Assembly: GCA_021413905.1 (NCBI GenBank)
Contig: JAIOPO010000004.1
Coordinates: forward strand, 1,597-65,596
From: Candidatus Nomurabacteria bacterium
GTDB taxonomy: Bacteria; Patescibacteriota; Minisyncoccia; Phycocordibacterales; UBA9973
Reading direction: 5' to 3'
DNA: 64,000 nucleotides
Shown one piece after another: positions 9,673 through 19,160 of the stretch (its first letter is position 1; each line of letters starts with the position of its first letter). The position numbers and the translations under genes are program-made. The notes under the pieces are model-generated. The model saw only the letters and a list, made by a program, of their open reading frames with translations, searched no databases and was not told the origin of the DNA.

Positions 9673-10833
9673 TTATTTTATATTTTCTATTTTTAATATA
9701 TTTTCGTAAATACAAAAAACTTTCTCGTTAAAACATTCTTTTTTTAAAACCGCTTCTCTGCTCGCAACACCCATATCAATACATTCTTCTTTATTTGAAT
9801 ATAAATAATTTAATGCTTTTAAAATATCATCTGATTCACCTTCACGAACAATAATACCATGTTTTCTATCTTGAAAAAAATTCTCTGTATCTGTTGCATT
9901 TTTTGTGGTAATAACAGGCACACCGCAAGACATAGACTCCGCAACTGAACGACTAAAACCTTCGGTAAAAGAAGGTAATATGGTTACATCCGAAGAGCCT
10001 AAAATAAATTCCGGATTATTCACTATTCCCAATTCTTTTATTGAAATATCTTTTTTTATTATTTTTTCGTATTTTTCTTTCATCTCAATCGGCCAAAGAT
10101 TTTTTTTACCAAGAATAATTAATTTTTTATTAGGTATATCAAATTCTTGCCACGCATCTAAAACATATTGCAAACCTTTTAATATTCCAATATTAGAAGC
10201 AGGAAAAACAACAGTAAAGTAATTCTCATTTTTTTTTAATGGAACAAATCTTTCGGTATTAATATCCAAATTAGCAACAAAAATTTTATTTTCAGGGTAG
10301 CCATTTTCTACATATGTTTTTTTTGAAAAAGGAGACAAAGCAATTAAATAATCCATATTAAAAGCATAGTCTGCTTCAATAGTGTTTTTAGGGATTATTT
10401 TTATATTATTTTTTTCTAATTCTTTTTTCATTAAACTTTCGGTATGCAAAGGATGAGAGTTTACAGCAATACCAATACATAAATTATTATTTGTTTTGTT
10501 TATATTTATAGTCTTTGGAAATTTAGGAGGATGAAAAAAAACAATTTTATCTTTTAAAATAAATTTACTTGCAAAAAAATCAAAAAAATATTCTTCTATT
10601 TTCCTTGAAGGAAAATCTTTAAAGAATTTACCAAAACCTGCAATCAAAAAATGTAAAAATAATGGTAATGCTGAATACTGATAAAAATCTTTTTTTTTAT
10701 CAGTACCAATACGAGAAATGACCCCAAATATAGCTTTTTTATTTTCAAAATAATCAATCACTCCTGCAATATCCTCAGTTTTCAAATTTCTATATTTTCC
10801 CCTATCTGCATAAGTAACAAATAATGATTTCAT
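9673..10833 (-). CDS. Glycosyltransferase family 4
   Basis: The C-terminal motif PSFTEGFSRSVAESMSCGVPVITTKNATDTENF supports the call. I prefer the start at MKSLFVTYADRG (10833), which avoids overlap with the divergent flippase gene. Confidence 0.75.
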   Translation of the reverse strand: MKSLFVTYADRGKYRNLKTEDIAGVIDYFENKKAIFGVISRIGTDKKKDFYQYSALPLFLHFLIAGFGKFFKDFPSRKIEEYFFDFFASKFILKDKIVFFHPPKFPKTININKTNNNLCIGIAVNSHPLHTESLMKKELEKNNIKIIPKNTIEADYAFNMDYLIALSPFSKKTYVENGYPENKIFVANLDINTERFVPLKKNENYFTVVFPASNIGILKGLQYVLDAWQEFDIPNKKLIILGKKNLWPIEMKEKYEKIIKKDISIKELGIVNNPEFILGSSDVTILPSFTEGFSRSVAESMSCGVPVITTKNATDTENFFQDRKHGIIVREGESDDILKALNYLYSNKEECIDMGVASREAVLKKECFNEKVFCIYENILKIENIK

Positions 10834-10891
10834 AAATATGATATAGTATATCATATAAATACTCTTATTTAAAAAGTATTTATATATAAAA

Positions 10892-12130
10892 ATGTCTTTA
10901 AAAATCAACCTAAAATCCATACTAAGAGATAATTCAATAAATTACACCTTAAAGAATACCTCTCTGGCAATAGTTGGTAAAACTATAATTTTTATTTTTG
11001 GTTTTCTTTTAATGAAAGCTTTTTCTCATTTTACCAGCAAAGAAACAATTGGATTATATAATTATGTTATTGCTGTACTTACAATAATAAGTATAACCAC
11101 ATTACCAGGGACAACATCGGCTCTAGTGCGCGCAATATCTAATGGTAAAGAAGGTAGTTTTTTGCATATGACCAATGCGCGTTTACGTGGTGGAATATTT
11201 GCCTTCATTTTATCTTTTTGTATTGGTATTTTTTATATAATAAAGGGAAATAATACAATTGGTTATGTCTTTTTTGTCGGCGCTTTATGCACCCCTTTCA
11301 TAGACACCCTAAGCGAAATGGCATTTGCTTATTGGCAAGGTAAAAAAAATTTCAAAAAAAGTATCTATCTTTCTATAATTTATCAAATATTATTCACAAT
11401 ACCTTCAATTCTTGTTTTAATTTTTATAAAAAAAACAATCCTATTAATTAGCTTAATATTTTTATTTCAAGCATTAAGTGGTTTTTTGATTTATAAAACA
11501 ATATCTACGGAGAACAAAGAACGCGACATTGAATCAGAAAATTTTAGCCTGCATCTTACAATAGTAAACGGATTGCATACAATAGGTATGACAATAGACA
11601 GAATAATAATCTGGCATCTTTTTGGTAGCATATCATTGGCAATATATACATTTGCAATAATACCCATAACAAAATTAGAACAACTTATTCCTATTGAATT
11701 TTTATCTTTACCTCATTTAAGCAATCAAATAAAAATAACAAATAATAAAAAAGATATCAATGAAAAAACATTACTGCTTTTTATAATACTAATCCCGTTT
11801 ATTTTATTTGGCTGGTTTATTGCACCGCTTTTTTATAAAATAATTTTTCCAAATTTTCCTGAATCAATACATCTATTTAGGATCCTTCTTTTGTTACCAT
11901 TATGTGCTTTTTTTAGTTTACCAAAAACAGCATTAATAGCGTGGAAACAACAAGAAAAATTATATTATTTAGAATTTTTTTCAATACTCATAAAAATACC
12001 GACACTTATATTTTTTGGTTTAAAATTCGGCATGACTGGTATAGCAGAAGGTTTGGTTATATCTCGAATAATTGAAGGTATAATGATTGTATATTTATTC
12101 AATAAAGTAAAAATAAAAAATGAAAACTAG
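10892..12130 (+). CDS. Oligosaccharide/polysaccharide flippase (Wzx, MOP superfamily)
   Basis: 412 aa and polytopic (roughly 12 hydrophobic segments). It sits inside a glycan gene cluster. Confidence 0.7.
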   Translation: MSLKINLKSILRDNSINYTLKNTSLAIVGKTIIFIFGFLLMKAFSHFTSKETIGLYNYVIAVLTIISITTLPGTTSALVRAISNGKEGSFLHMTNARLRGGIFAFILSFCIGIFYIIKGNNTIGYVFFVGALCTPFIDTLSEMAFAYWQGKKNFKKSIYLSIIYQILFTIPSILVLIFIKKTILLISLIFLFQALSGFLIYKTISTENKERDIESENFSLHLTIVNGLHTIGMTIDRIIIWHLFGSISLAIYTFAIIPITKLEQLIPIEFLSLPHLSNQIKITNNKKDINEKTLLLFIILIPFILFGWFIAPLFYKIIFPNFPESIHLFRILLLLPLCAFFSLPKTALIAWKQQEKLYYLEFFSILIKIPTLIFFGLKFGMTGIAEGLVISRIIEGIMIVYLFNKVKIKNEN

Positions 12131-13097
12131 AAATTTTAAAAAACCTAAAACAATAATAGTAACGGGTTGTGCTGGTTTTATAGGAAGTAATTTTGTAAAA
12201 GTTTTCAAAAAAGAATTTCCAAAAACAAATATAGTTGGAATTGATGATTTGTCTACAGGAAAAATTGAAAATATAAGCAATCAAATAAAATTTTACAAAA
12301 AATCTATTTTAAATGAAAAAGAAATGGAAAAAATATTCAAAGAACATAAACCAGAATACATTTTTCATTTCGCAGCATTACCAAGAGTTTCATATTCAAT
12401 AGAAAATCCAATAAAAACAAGTGAAATCAATATCACAGGAACAATAATTCTTTTAGAAAAATCAAAAAAATACAAAATAAAAAGATTTATATTATCATCG
12501 TCATCATCTATTTACGGTGGAGCAAAAAAAATGCCAACAAGTGAAAACAATAATCAACCAAATCCAAAAAGCCCTTACGCTCTTCAAAAATATGTAGACG
12601 AACAATTTTGTAAATTATTTAGTGATTTATTTGAAATGGAAACAATCGCATTAAGATATTTTAATGTTTTTGGACCTGGTCAATATGGAAAATCTGCATA
12701 CACTACGGTTATTTCTGGATGGCTGGAATCAATATATTTTCCAAAAAACAAAAAAGGATTTATCGAAGGTGATGGTAGCCAAACTCGTGATTTTTGTTTT
12801 GTTGAAAATATAGTTTTTGCAAACATATGTGCAATGAAAGCCACTGGAGTATTTAAAGGTGAAATTTTTAATATCGGTAATAATATAAGAATTAGTTTAA
12901 AAGAAGTAAAAGAAAAAATAGAAAAATATACAAATAAAAAATTGGAGCTTGAGAAAAGACCAAGTAGATTCGGTGATGTTAAACATACACACGCTGACAT
13001 TAAAAAAGCAATGAAATATTTAAAATATAAACCATTAATTAGTTTCTCAGATGGACTAAAAAAGACAATAGAATGGTTTGAGATGAGAAGAAAATAA
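12120..13097 (+). CDS. NAD-dependent nucleotide-sugar epimerase/dehydratase (extended SDR)
   Basis: It has the Rossmann motif TGCAGFIGSNF, the catalytic YALQK (YxxxK) and SSSSIYG. Confidence 0.9.
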   Translation: MKTRNFKKPKTIIVTGCAGFIGSNFVKVFKKEFPKTNIVGIDDLSTGKIENISNQIKFYKKSILNEKEMEKIFKEHKPEYIFHFAALPRVSYSIENPIKTSEINITGTIILLEKSKKYKIKRFILSSSSSIYGGAKKMPTSENNNQPNPKSPYALQKYVDEQFCKLFSDLFEMETIALRYFNVFGPGQYGKSAYTTVISGWLESIYFPKNKKGFIEGDGSQTRDFCFVENIVFANICAMKATGVFKGEIFNIGNNIRISLKEVKEKIEKYTNKKLELEKRPSRFGDVKHTHADIKKAMKYLKYKPLISFSDGLKKTIEWFEMRRK

Positions 13098-13106
13098 AAA
13101 ATTATA

Positions 13107-13973
13107 TTATTCTGCAATAATATTTATTAATGGTATTGAATTATATTTTTCAATATAATCAGTAACTTTGTTTAAAACCTCAATCTGTTCTGGTTCTAAT
13201 ATTTTCATTCTTTTTGTAGCAATATAAAAATTGTCCTTATCCCCTTCTAAATAAAAAGTGTTAAAAAAACGTTCGTATATTTTCTTGGTAAAATCAGGAC
13301 TTGGATTAACATTTTGATTTAAACTAAATTCAAAATAATCTAACGCTGATTTATATTTTTCAGGACTAGTTGTAGCCAAAACCAAACCCATATAATAATG
13401 ACCTTCTGGAATTGAATTATTTTTATTTAAAGAATTATTCAACAAATCAATTGCTTCTTTTTTCATACCCCTATTACTCAAATTAAAAGCATAAGCGTAG
13501 ATCACGTCTTGTCTTTCTGGTGCCAAAGCAAAAGCTTGCTTGTAGTATTTTAAAGCTTTTTCATACATACTTTTATCATTATATAAATATCCATTTTGAT
13601 CATAAGCTTTTCCTAAAGAAAGATAATAATTATAATAAGCTGGTTTTTCTTTATCTAAATAATCAGAAAATTTATCAATAGCAAAATCAAATAAAGGATT
13701 TGATTGAGTCAAATCTCCGTTTTTATATTTGTTAAAAAATTCATTTACCATTGTATACCTGATCTGTCCTTGTATATAAGTATCAGGTGAAAATATAAAA
13801 GTTTTTTTAGTAAATTTCAAAGGATCATTTAATAAAATTGAAGTAAAATGTTTTGAAAACGTAACTGTTTGTATAAAAGGTATAAATGTCCAAAAAACAA
13901 AAAAAGAAGAAATAACAAAAGTGAAAAAATAACTAAATATTAATAATAAAATCTCTGTATTATTTTTTTTCAT
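13107..13973 (-). CDS. Membrane-anchored TPR-repeat protein
   Basis: It has an N-terminal TM helix and TPR-like repeats (LSLGKAYDQNGYLYNDKSMYEKALKYYKQAFALAPERQDVIYAYAFNLSNRGMKKEAIDLL). I prefer Met12 as the start. The gene overlaps the upstream Wzy_C gene. Confidence 0.6.
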   Translation of the reverse strand: MKKNNTEILLLIFSYFFTFVISSFFVFWTFIPFIQTVTFSKHFTSILLNDPLKFTKKTFIFSPDTYIQGQIRYTMVNEFFNKYKNGDLTQSNPLFDFAIDKFSDYLDKEKPAYYNYYLSLGKAYDQNGYLYNDKSMYEKALKYYKQAFALAPERQDVIYAYAFNLSNRGMKKEAIDLLNNSLNKNNSIPEGHYYMGLVLATTSPEKYKSALDYFEFSLNQNVNPSPDFTKKIYERFFNTFYLEGDKDNFYIATKRMKILEPEQIEVLNKVTDYIEKYNSIPLINIIAE

Positions 13974-15267
13974 AAAATTCTTGTACATTAAAAATAATAA
14001 ATCCAATAATTACATAAAAAAATAAATAAGAAGTAATAGTATCCATTGCAAATAAACCTTGAACAAAGAAAGCTGACAATAAAAACAAAACAAATGATAT
14101 TTCTATTCTAGATAAATTTTTTATTTTAAAAAGTTCCTTAAAAAGAAAAAACCATAAAGATAAATAAGCAAAAAGACCGAGTAGTCCATTCATTGACCAT
14201 ATATCCAACAACTTGTTATGAGTTCTATCAAATATTCCCCTATCAAAAGAAAACAATTCAGCTGGATATATTTTTTGCCATAAAAAAGAATAATTATCCC
14301 AACCCCAACCAAGTAAATTATTTTTAAAACTATTCAATTTAGGACTTAAGGACTGAACAGTTGTTTTAGCTAAAAGTAAACGAGCCTGTGTATTACCATC
14401 AGAGGTATCAAAATCTGCTAAACGAGAAAATCCAGGTATTTTTTGCCAGAACATAAAATGCCTGGTCATAAAAAATAAGGCACTAAAAGAAACGATTAGA
14501 ACAAGTATTCCAACAGATATTTTTTGTAAAGAATACTTATTTAAAAAATAAATATTTTTCCCTTTAAATACCAAATAAAAGAGAGCAAGAATTACACCTA
14601 AAAATATTCCCAACATCACCCCTCTTGATTCTGTAATCAAAATACCTAAAACAGAAAAGAGTCCGGCAAATATTCCAATAAACTTAAACCAATTATTATT
14701 CTCTTTTACACCTCTTGACCAAAACAAAAGACTAAAAAATAAAATAAAAAGCAAATAGACTGCCAAAAAAATAGGGTTATCTACCAAAGAACCAGGGCGT
14801 AAAGTTCCATTAAACTTCTCTACCATTTCAACTATAAATAAAATAAAACCTGAAAAAATACTAATTTGAAAAAAATCATACCAATCTTTTTTTTCAAAAA
14901 TTAAAATAAATAGAAAAAAGATAATATATAAAAAAGACAAACCGACAAGCCCTTCCCCGCGCTCCATTGTGCCAGTAAAAGCCACAGAAGGACTATAAGC
15001 AAAAATCGTACTTAAAACTAAAATAACATAAGAAAACAAAACACACCAAACAACTTTATTATTTTTAAATATTTGTATTTTTTCTATTATTTTTTTTCTA
15101 AATTTTAAATCAAGAGATATTAAAACAGTAAATAAAAATAGAGCTAAAAAAACCAAAGTTCTAAAAAAGAATACTTTTGGTGTAGTATATGGAATCAATA
15201 TGCTTTTCCAAAACACAACTGGAGTCAAAGCAGTAGCAAATAAAGACAATTTAAGTAAATTCTTCAT
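13960..15267 (-). CDS. O-antigen ligase/polymerase family (Wzy_C) membrane protein; possible O-oligosaccharyltransferase
   Basis: 435 aa and polytopic, with a central loop SRGVMLGIFLGVILALFYL typical of the Wzy_C region. It sits in the glycan cluster. Confidence 0.7.
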   Translation of the reverse strand: MKNLLKLSLFATALTPVVFWKSILIPYTTPKVFFFRTLVFLALFLFTVLISLDLKFRKKIIEKIQIFKNNKVVWCVLFSYVILVLSTIFAYSPSVAFTGTMERGEGLVGLSFLYIIFFLFILIFEKKDWYDFFQISIFSGFILFIVEMVEKFNGTLRPGSLVDNPIFLAVYLLFILFFSLLFWSRGVKENNNWFKFIGIFAGLFSVLGILITESRGVMLGIFLGVILALFYLVFKGKNIYFLNKYSLQKISVGILVLIVSFSALFFMTRHFMFWQKIPGFSRLADFDTSDGNTQARLLLAKTTVQSLSPKLNSFKNNLLGWGWDNYSFLWQKIYPAELFSFDRGIFDRTHNKLLDIWSMNGLLGLFAYLSLWFFLFKELFKIKNLSRIEISFVLFLLSAFFVQGLFAMDTITSYLFFYVIIGFIIFNVQEFYEKK

Positions 15268-15292
15268 ACTACTATATTAACAAATACAAAAC

Positions 15293-15324
15293 AAAAAACC
15301 ACCCCTTTCGGAGTGGTTTTTTGT
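15293..15324 (-). terminator. Rho-independent terminator after the large surface-protein gene
   Basis: Minus-strand hairpin CCACTCC-gaaa-GGGGTGG (15299-16), flanked by A and T runs. Confidence 0.75.
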
Positions 15325-15379
15325 TTCGATTACGATTCGAAAACGTTTCTACTGTCCTTAGACATTTAGATCAGATCTA

Positions 15380-18300
15380 CTAATTGTAGATTGTTGAACT
15401 GAATGTGTTAGGGAAGTTGTAGATATTAGCAGTACCAGTCAATGAACCACCAGCACCTGCAACGTCTGTCCAACTAAATGCTGAACCTGTCGCAAGAGAT
15501 GTTGTCATAGAAGCACCGTTAACACCTGTACCTGTAACAGCAGTTGGAGTTACATAGACACGGAATGTCTTTGAAGTTCCAGCTGGGATCAAGTATGAAC
15601 TACCAAAAGTAATTGTACTTGAACCTCCTGTTGTAGCAGAGAAAGCTGAGTTTGATACAGATACTGTTTGACCATCAGAAGTTACAACTGAAATGTTACT
15701 TGTTGATGTTGTACTTACAGTAGCAGCATTAAGAGCAACAGTTATTGGGAAAGCATCAAGAGAAATATCTCCTTTTGAATCCGCAGCGATTGTTACGTCT
15801 ATAGCTTCTGTAGCAGCTGCAGCAAGAGTTGCTGTAGGTTTAGAAGCAGTTACTGTAGGTTTAGAACCAACGAGTGTCATTGTTGTTGTTGAAGCAACTG
15901 GTGTTATAGCACCTGATGTTGTTGTACCACCGATTGTGTATTTTCTGTAAGTCAATTCAATGATTGAAGTTGAGCCAGAAGATACACCGTTTGTACCAAC
16001 ATGGTTGTAAGAAACATAAACATCAGTTTGTAGACCTGAACCACCGTTAGGAACAGTTAGGTTAACACCTGACAAATATGCCATACCGTAAGTTGTTACA
16101 GCAGCACTATTTGAGTGAGTAGCAGCAGATGTACTGTTAACACCACGAGTTACTGTCAAAGTTGTTCCAGAAACTGCTGTTACCAACATTTCTTCAGAAT
16201 CAACTAAGAATACAGAACCAACATCCATACCAGCAGCTGAAGTAACAGAAACTGAAGTAGCTGTTGTTGTTGTTATCGCAGCACTAAGAGTAGTAGCAGC
16301 AGGAGTTACTACTGGAGCTGTTAGAGATCCTACGCGGATTGATCCAACTGTACCAGCTGTACCTCTTGTTACAAATTTCAATTCAGAAACTGTAGCTGTA
16401 CCATTTGTAGCTGAGAATTTGAATGTTTGTTTTACAGCATCTGTAGCACCACCGTTTGCTGCAACGTATTGAGCAACTGTTGATGAAGAAGCAGTAAATG
16501 TAGGTGAACCGAATGTACCACTTGACATAGTGATTGTTTGACCTGTAGTAAATGCACTAGGAGTCAAAGTAACACTTGAAGAAGTACCGACTGCTGTAGG
16601 TTTTAACTTAGCAATCACTGTAGGAGAACCTGTTGTTGAACCAATATCAGCAAATACATCAACTGTCTTTGTTGCACCTGGAGCAAGCTCGAAGTTAACA
16701 GAGAAGTTGTTTACTGAATCTTGACCAGCCGCTGCTGTTGCAGGGTTGATTGGAGTTGAACCTGAACCTGAAGTTTCAGATGTTCTCAAATTTGCGTAGT
16801 TTGTAGATGCAGCTGTAGTAAGACTAAGAGTTACTGCAAGATTAGTTACGCGAATTGATTCAGAGGTACCTTGGTTTTGAAGAACGAAAGATCCGATCTT
16901 TGCACCAGTAGCATTTGGACTCAATGTGTAATCAGCATAACCAGTATTTTTTGATACTGATAATGTACCTGTTTGAATTGTCAAACCTGAAGTAGTAACA
17001 GAAGTAGCAGGAACATTAACTGAATAAAGTGATGTCATACCTTGTGCATTATTTGAACCAGTTGAGAGTGCTACAGTAATAGATCCATCAGAGTAGTTAA
17101 GGTTTGTACTATATGTTGTAAGATCTGCACGAACTTCAAGAATTGAATCAACTCCTGCAGGAACGATCAAAGATGAACCAAGTGTAAATGTAAGTGCTTG
17201 TGTAGTAGCACTTGTCATATTTGTACTTGAACCAACTTGTGAACCATTAAAGAATAAAGTCACATTATTAAGACCTGCAGCAGTAACTGCTGATTGTCCT
17301 GACAATGTAGGTGTAACTGTAAGAGTTTGAATCTTTACATCTTCACCATATCCATGAAGTTTGAATTTCGCAATAGCAGTATTTGTAGCACCACCAGTTA
17401 CGTTACTCATAAGTTGGAAAGCAGGGTCAACATTTGCAGTTACTGAACCGTAACTAACACTAATTTTACCTGCAGTATTTGAAGCAAATGCTGTTGGACA
17501 AGTACCTGAACAAGCAGCAATATTAATACCAAGTTGTGAATCAGTAACCATTAGATCAGCCGCATTTTGAATTGAAAATGTGAAATCTCTATTAGAACCT
17601 TTTTGAACATCTCCACGAACATCAATTGTATGTGTACCTGTGTTCAATGAAAGTGGGTTTGAACCAAAATCAAAGAAAGCATAGTTGTTAGATCCAACAG
17701 TTGTTGCTGAACCTATAGCTGTACCGTCTACATAAAGTTTGATGTTTTGAACAGCGTCAATTGGAGCAGATCCAACGACACGGAAGTTAGCACCTTTTAA
17801 GAATGCTGAACGTCCACTAACTGTCAAAGGAGCTGACCATACTGTGTATCCAGGAGAACCAGCATTAATAGTTGCTACTGGTACAGTGTTTGCACCAAGA
17901 GCAATCTGACTACTGTTACTTGGTATTGCAGAAACATAGAAAACATTAGCAGCAACATTAGCAGTATTTGCTGTTGTTGAACCTGTTACCATGTAACTTG
18001 TCAAAGTAACACCAAGAGATACTGATGAAACTGGTGACGCCATATCAACTTTAACAGAAAGAGTCTTTGAACCATTAACAGCGATATTTAAACCACTGAA
18101 AACGATTTGACCATTTGTGTTAACACTTGCTCCGTCAGTTAGACGCATATTTCCATCAAAAAGGTAGACACTAGAAATGTCAGCACTTGTTGAAAGACCT
18201 GTGCGTTGTAATGTTACGTTTGAAAGTGTTCCAGAACCTGTGAAAGTAAAGTGCGCAAGATCAGCCAAAGCTTGACTTGAAAGCACAGTTCCTGCAGCAG

Positions 18301-18661
18301 GATTATCTGTAGACAACATTACTGACAATGGGCCAGTAGGAGTTGGTGTTGGATTAGGAGTTGGAGTTGTTGTTCCAGCTACTTTTCCAAGAGTCATCTT
18401 TCCAGCGATACCATCAGCTTTTAAGCCGTTAGCTGTTTGGAAAGCCATAACTGCAGCTTTTGTTAATTTACCGAAGTATCCAGTTGCTGGAGTTACTCCG
18501 AGAGCTGTTTGGAGACATGTGACTCCAGAACTTCTCATACCGAACTTAAGAGTTGTAGTACCACAATCTGTCGCAGCACTTGCTACTGTAGCAACGCCTA
18601 CGAACATAACCATAGCAACCATAACTCCAAGAAGGAATTTTGATTTGAATAATTTATTCAT
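15380..18661 (-). CDS. Large secreted cell-surface protein: signal peptide, PG_binding_1-like domain, then about 950 aa of Thr/Ser/Ala/Gly/Val-rich beta-repeat region (S-layer-like candidate)
   Basis: Signal peptide MNKLFKSKFLLGVMVAMVMFVGVATVASA. A peptidoglycan-binding-like segment follows (CLQTALGVTPATGYFGKLTKAAVMAFQTANGLKADGIAGKMTLGKV), then a TTPTPNPTPTPTG linker. The remainder has low-complexity composition without charged runs. Confidence 0.85.
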   Translation of the reverse strand: MNKLFKSKFLLGVMVAMVMFVGVATVASAATDCGTTTLKFGMRSSGVTCLQTALGVTPATGYFGKLTKAAVMAFQTANGLKADGIAGKMTLGKVAGTTTPTPNPTPTPTGPLSVMLSTDNPAAGTVLSSQALADLAHFTFTGSGTLSNVTLQRTGLSTSADISSVYLFDGNMRLTDGASVNTNGQIVFSGLNIAVNGSKTLSVKVDMASPVSSVSLGVTLTSYMVTGSTTANTANVAANVFYVSAIPSNSSQIALGANTVPVATINAGSPGYTVWSAPLTVSGRSAFLKGANFRVVGSAPIDAVQNIKLYVDGTAIGSATTVGSNNYAFFDFGSNPLSLNTGTHTIDVRGDVQKGSNRDFTFSIQNAADLMVTDSQLGINIAACSGTCPTAFASNTAGKISVSYGSVTANVDPAFQLMSNVTGGATNTAIAKFKLHGYGEDVKIQTLTVTPTLSGQSAVTAAGLNNVTLFFNGSQVGSSTNMTSATTQALTFTLGSSLIVPAGVDSILEVRADLTTYSTNLNYSDGSITVALSTGSNNAQGMTSLYSVNVPATSVTTSGLTIQTGTLSVSKNTGYADYTLSPNATGAKIGSFVLQNQGTSESIRVTNLAVTLSLTTAASTNYANLRTSETSGSGSTPINPATAAAGQDSVNNFSVNFELAPGATKTVDVFADIGSTTGSPTVIAKLKPTAVGTSSSVTLTPSAFTTGQTITMSSGTFGSPTFTASSSTVAQYVAANGGATDAVKQTFKFSATNGTATVSELKFVTRGTAGTVGSIRVGSLTAPVVTPAATTLSAAITTTTATSVSVTSAAGMDVGSVFLVDSEEMLVTAVSGTTLTVTRGVNSTSAATHSNSAAVTTYGMAYLSGVNLTVPNGGSGLQTDVYVSYNHVGTNGVSSGSTSIIELTYRKYTIGGTTTSGAITPVASTTTMTLVGSKPTVTASKPTATLAAAATEAIDVTIAADSKGDISLDAFPITVALNAATVSTTSTSNISVVTSDGQTVSVSNSAFSATTGGSSTITFGSSYLIPAGTSKTFRVYVTPTAVTGTGVNGASMTTSLATGSAFSWTDVAGAGGSLTGTANIYNFPNTFSSTIYN

Positions 18662-19160
18662 AATATTATTTTTAATGTCCGCTTATCGGCTTCCGTCTCA
18701 GCTTTTTACGCTGAGAAAAATTTCCAAGGCGAACGATATGCCGTTAATTAGTTTCGACTTGCTCAATGTATTTTAATTACACGAGCAAAACTAAAAGCAT
18801 ATTTTTCTAATCACTATATTTTTAATTATAGTGAACAGATGAACTTTAATTGAAAACAAACACGTCTTGTTTTACAGAATATTATTCCGTAAAACTTTCG
18901 ATATTTAGTTTTCAATGATCTTGCCTTTGCTGTTTTTATTTAGAAACTTTTAAAGCAATTTCCAAACAAAAACAAGACAATTTTTGCAATGCACATACAA
19001 ACATAAATGTTTTCATATGCATCACAATATAAGTATAATACTTGCTGTAAATTACAGCAAATTATATGTGGATAAACAGCCTTTTCAGGCAATAATAACC
19101 ACTTGTTTATCTTAGCATTTTTTATACAAAAAAGCAATAAATTATTTAGATGATAAATAA

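Noticed and set aside
15380-18661. The higher GC of the large surface-protein gene could indicate a horizontally acquired island.
   Set aside because: The shift is explained by amino-acid composition: Thr, Ala, Gly, Ser and Val codons dominate. Third positions remain A/T-rich, unlike in the DGR target gene.
18519-19137. Short ORFs at 18519-18776 (plus strand) and 18940-19137 (minus strand) in the region upstream of the surface-protein gene.
   Set aside because: The first mostly overlaps the signal-peptide end of the surface-protein gene in antisense. The second is Cys/Phe/Ile-rich, low-complexity, and lacks start signals. I treat the region as non-coding leader or promoter DNA.
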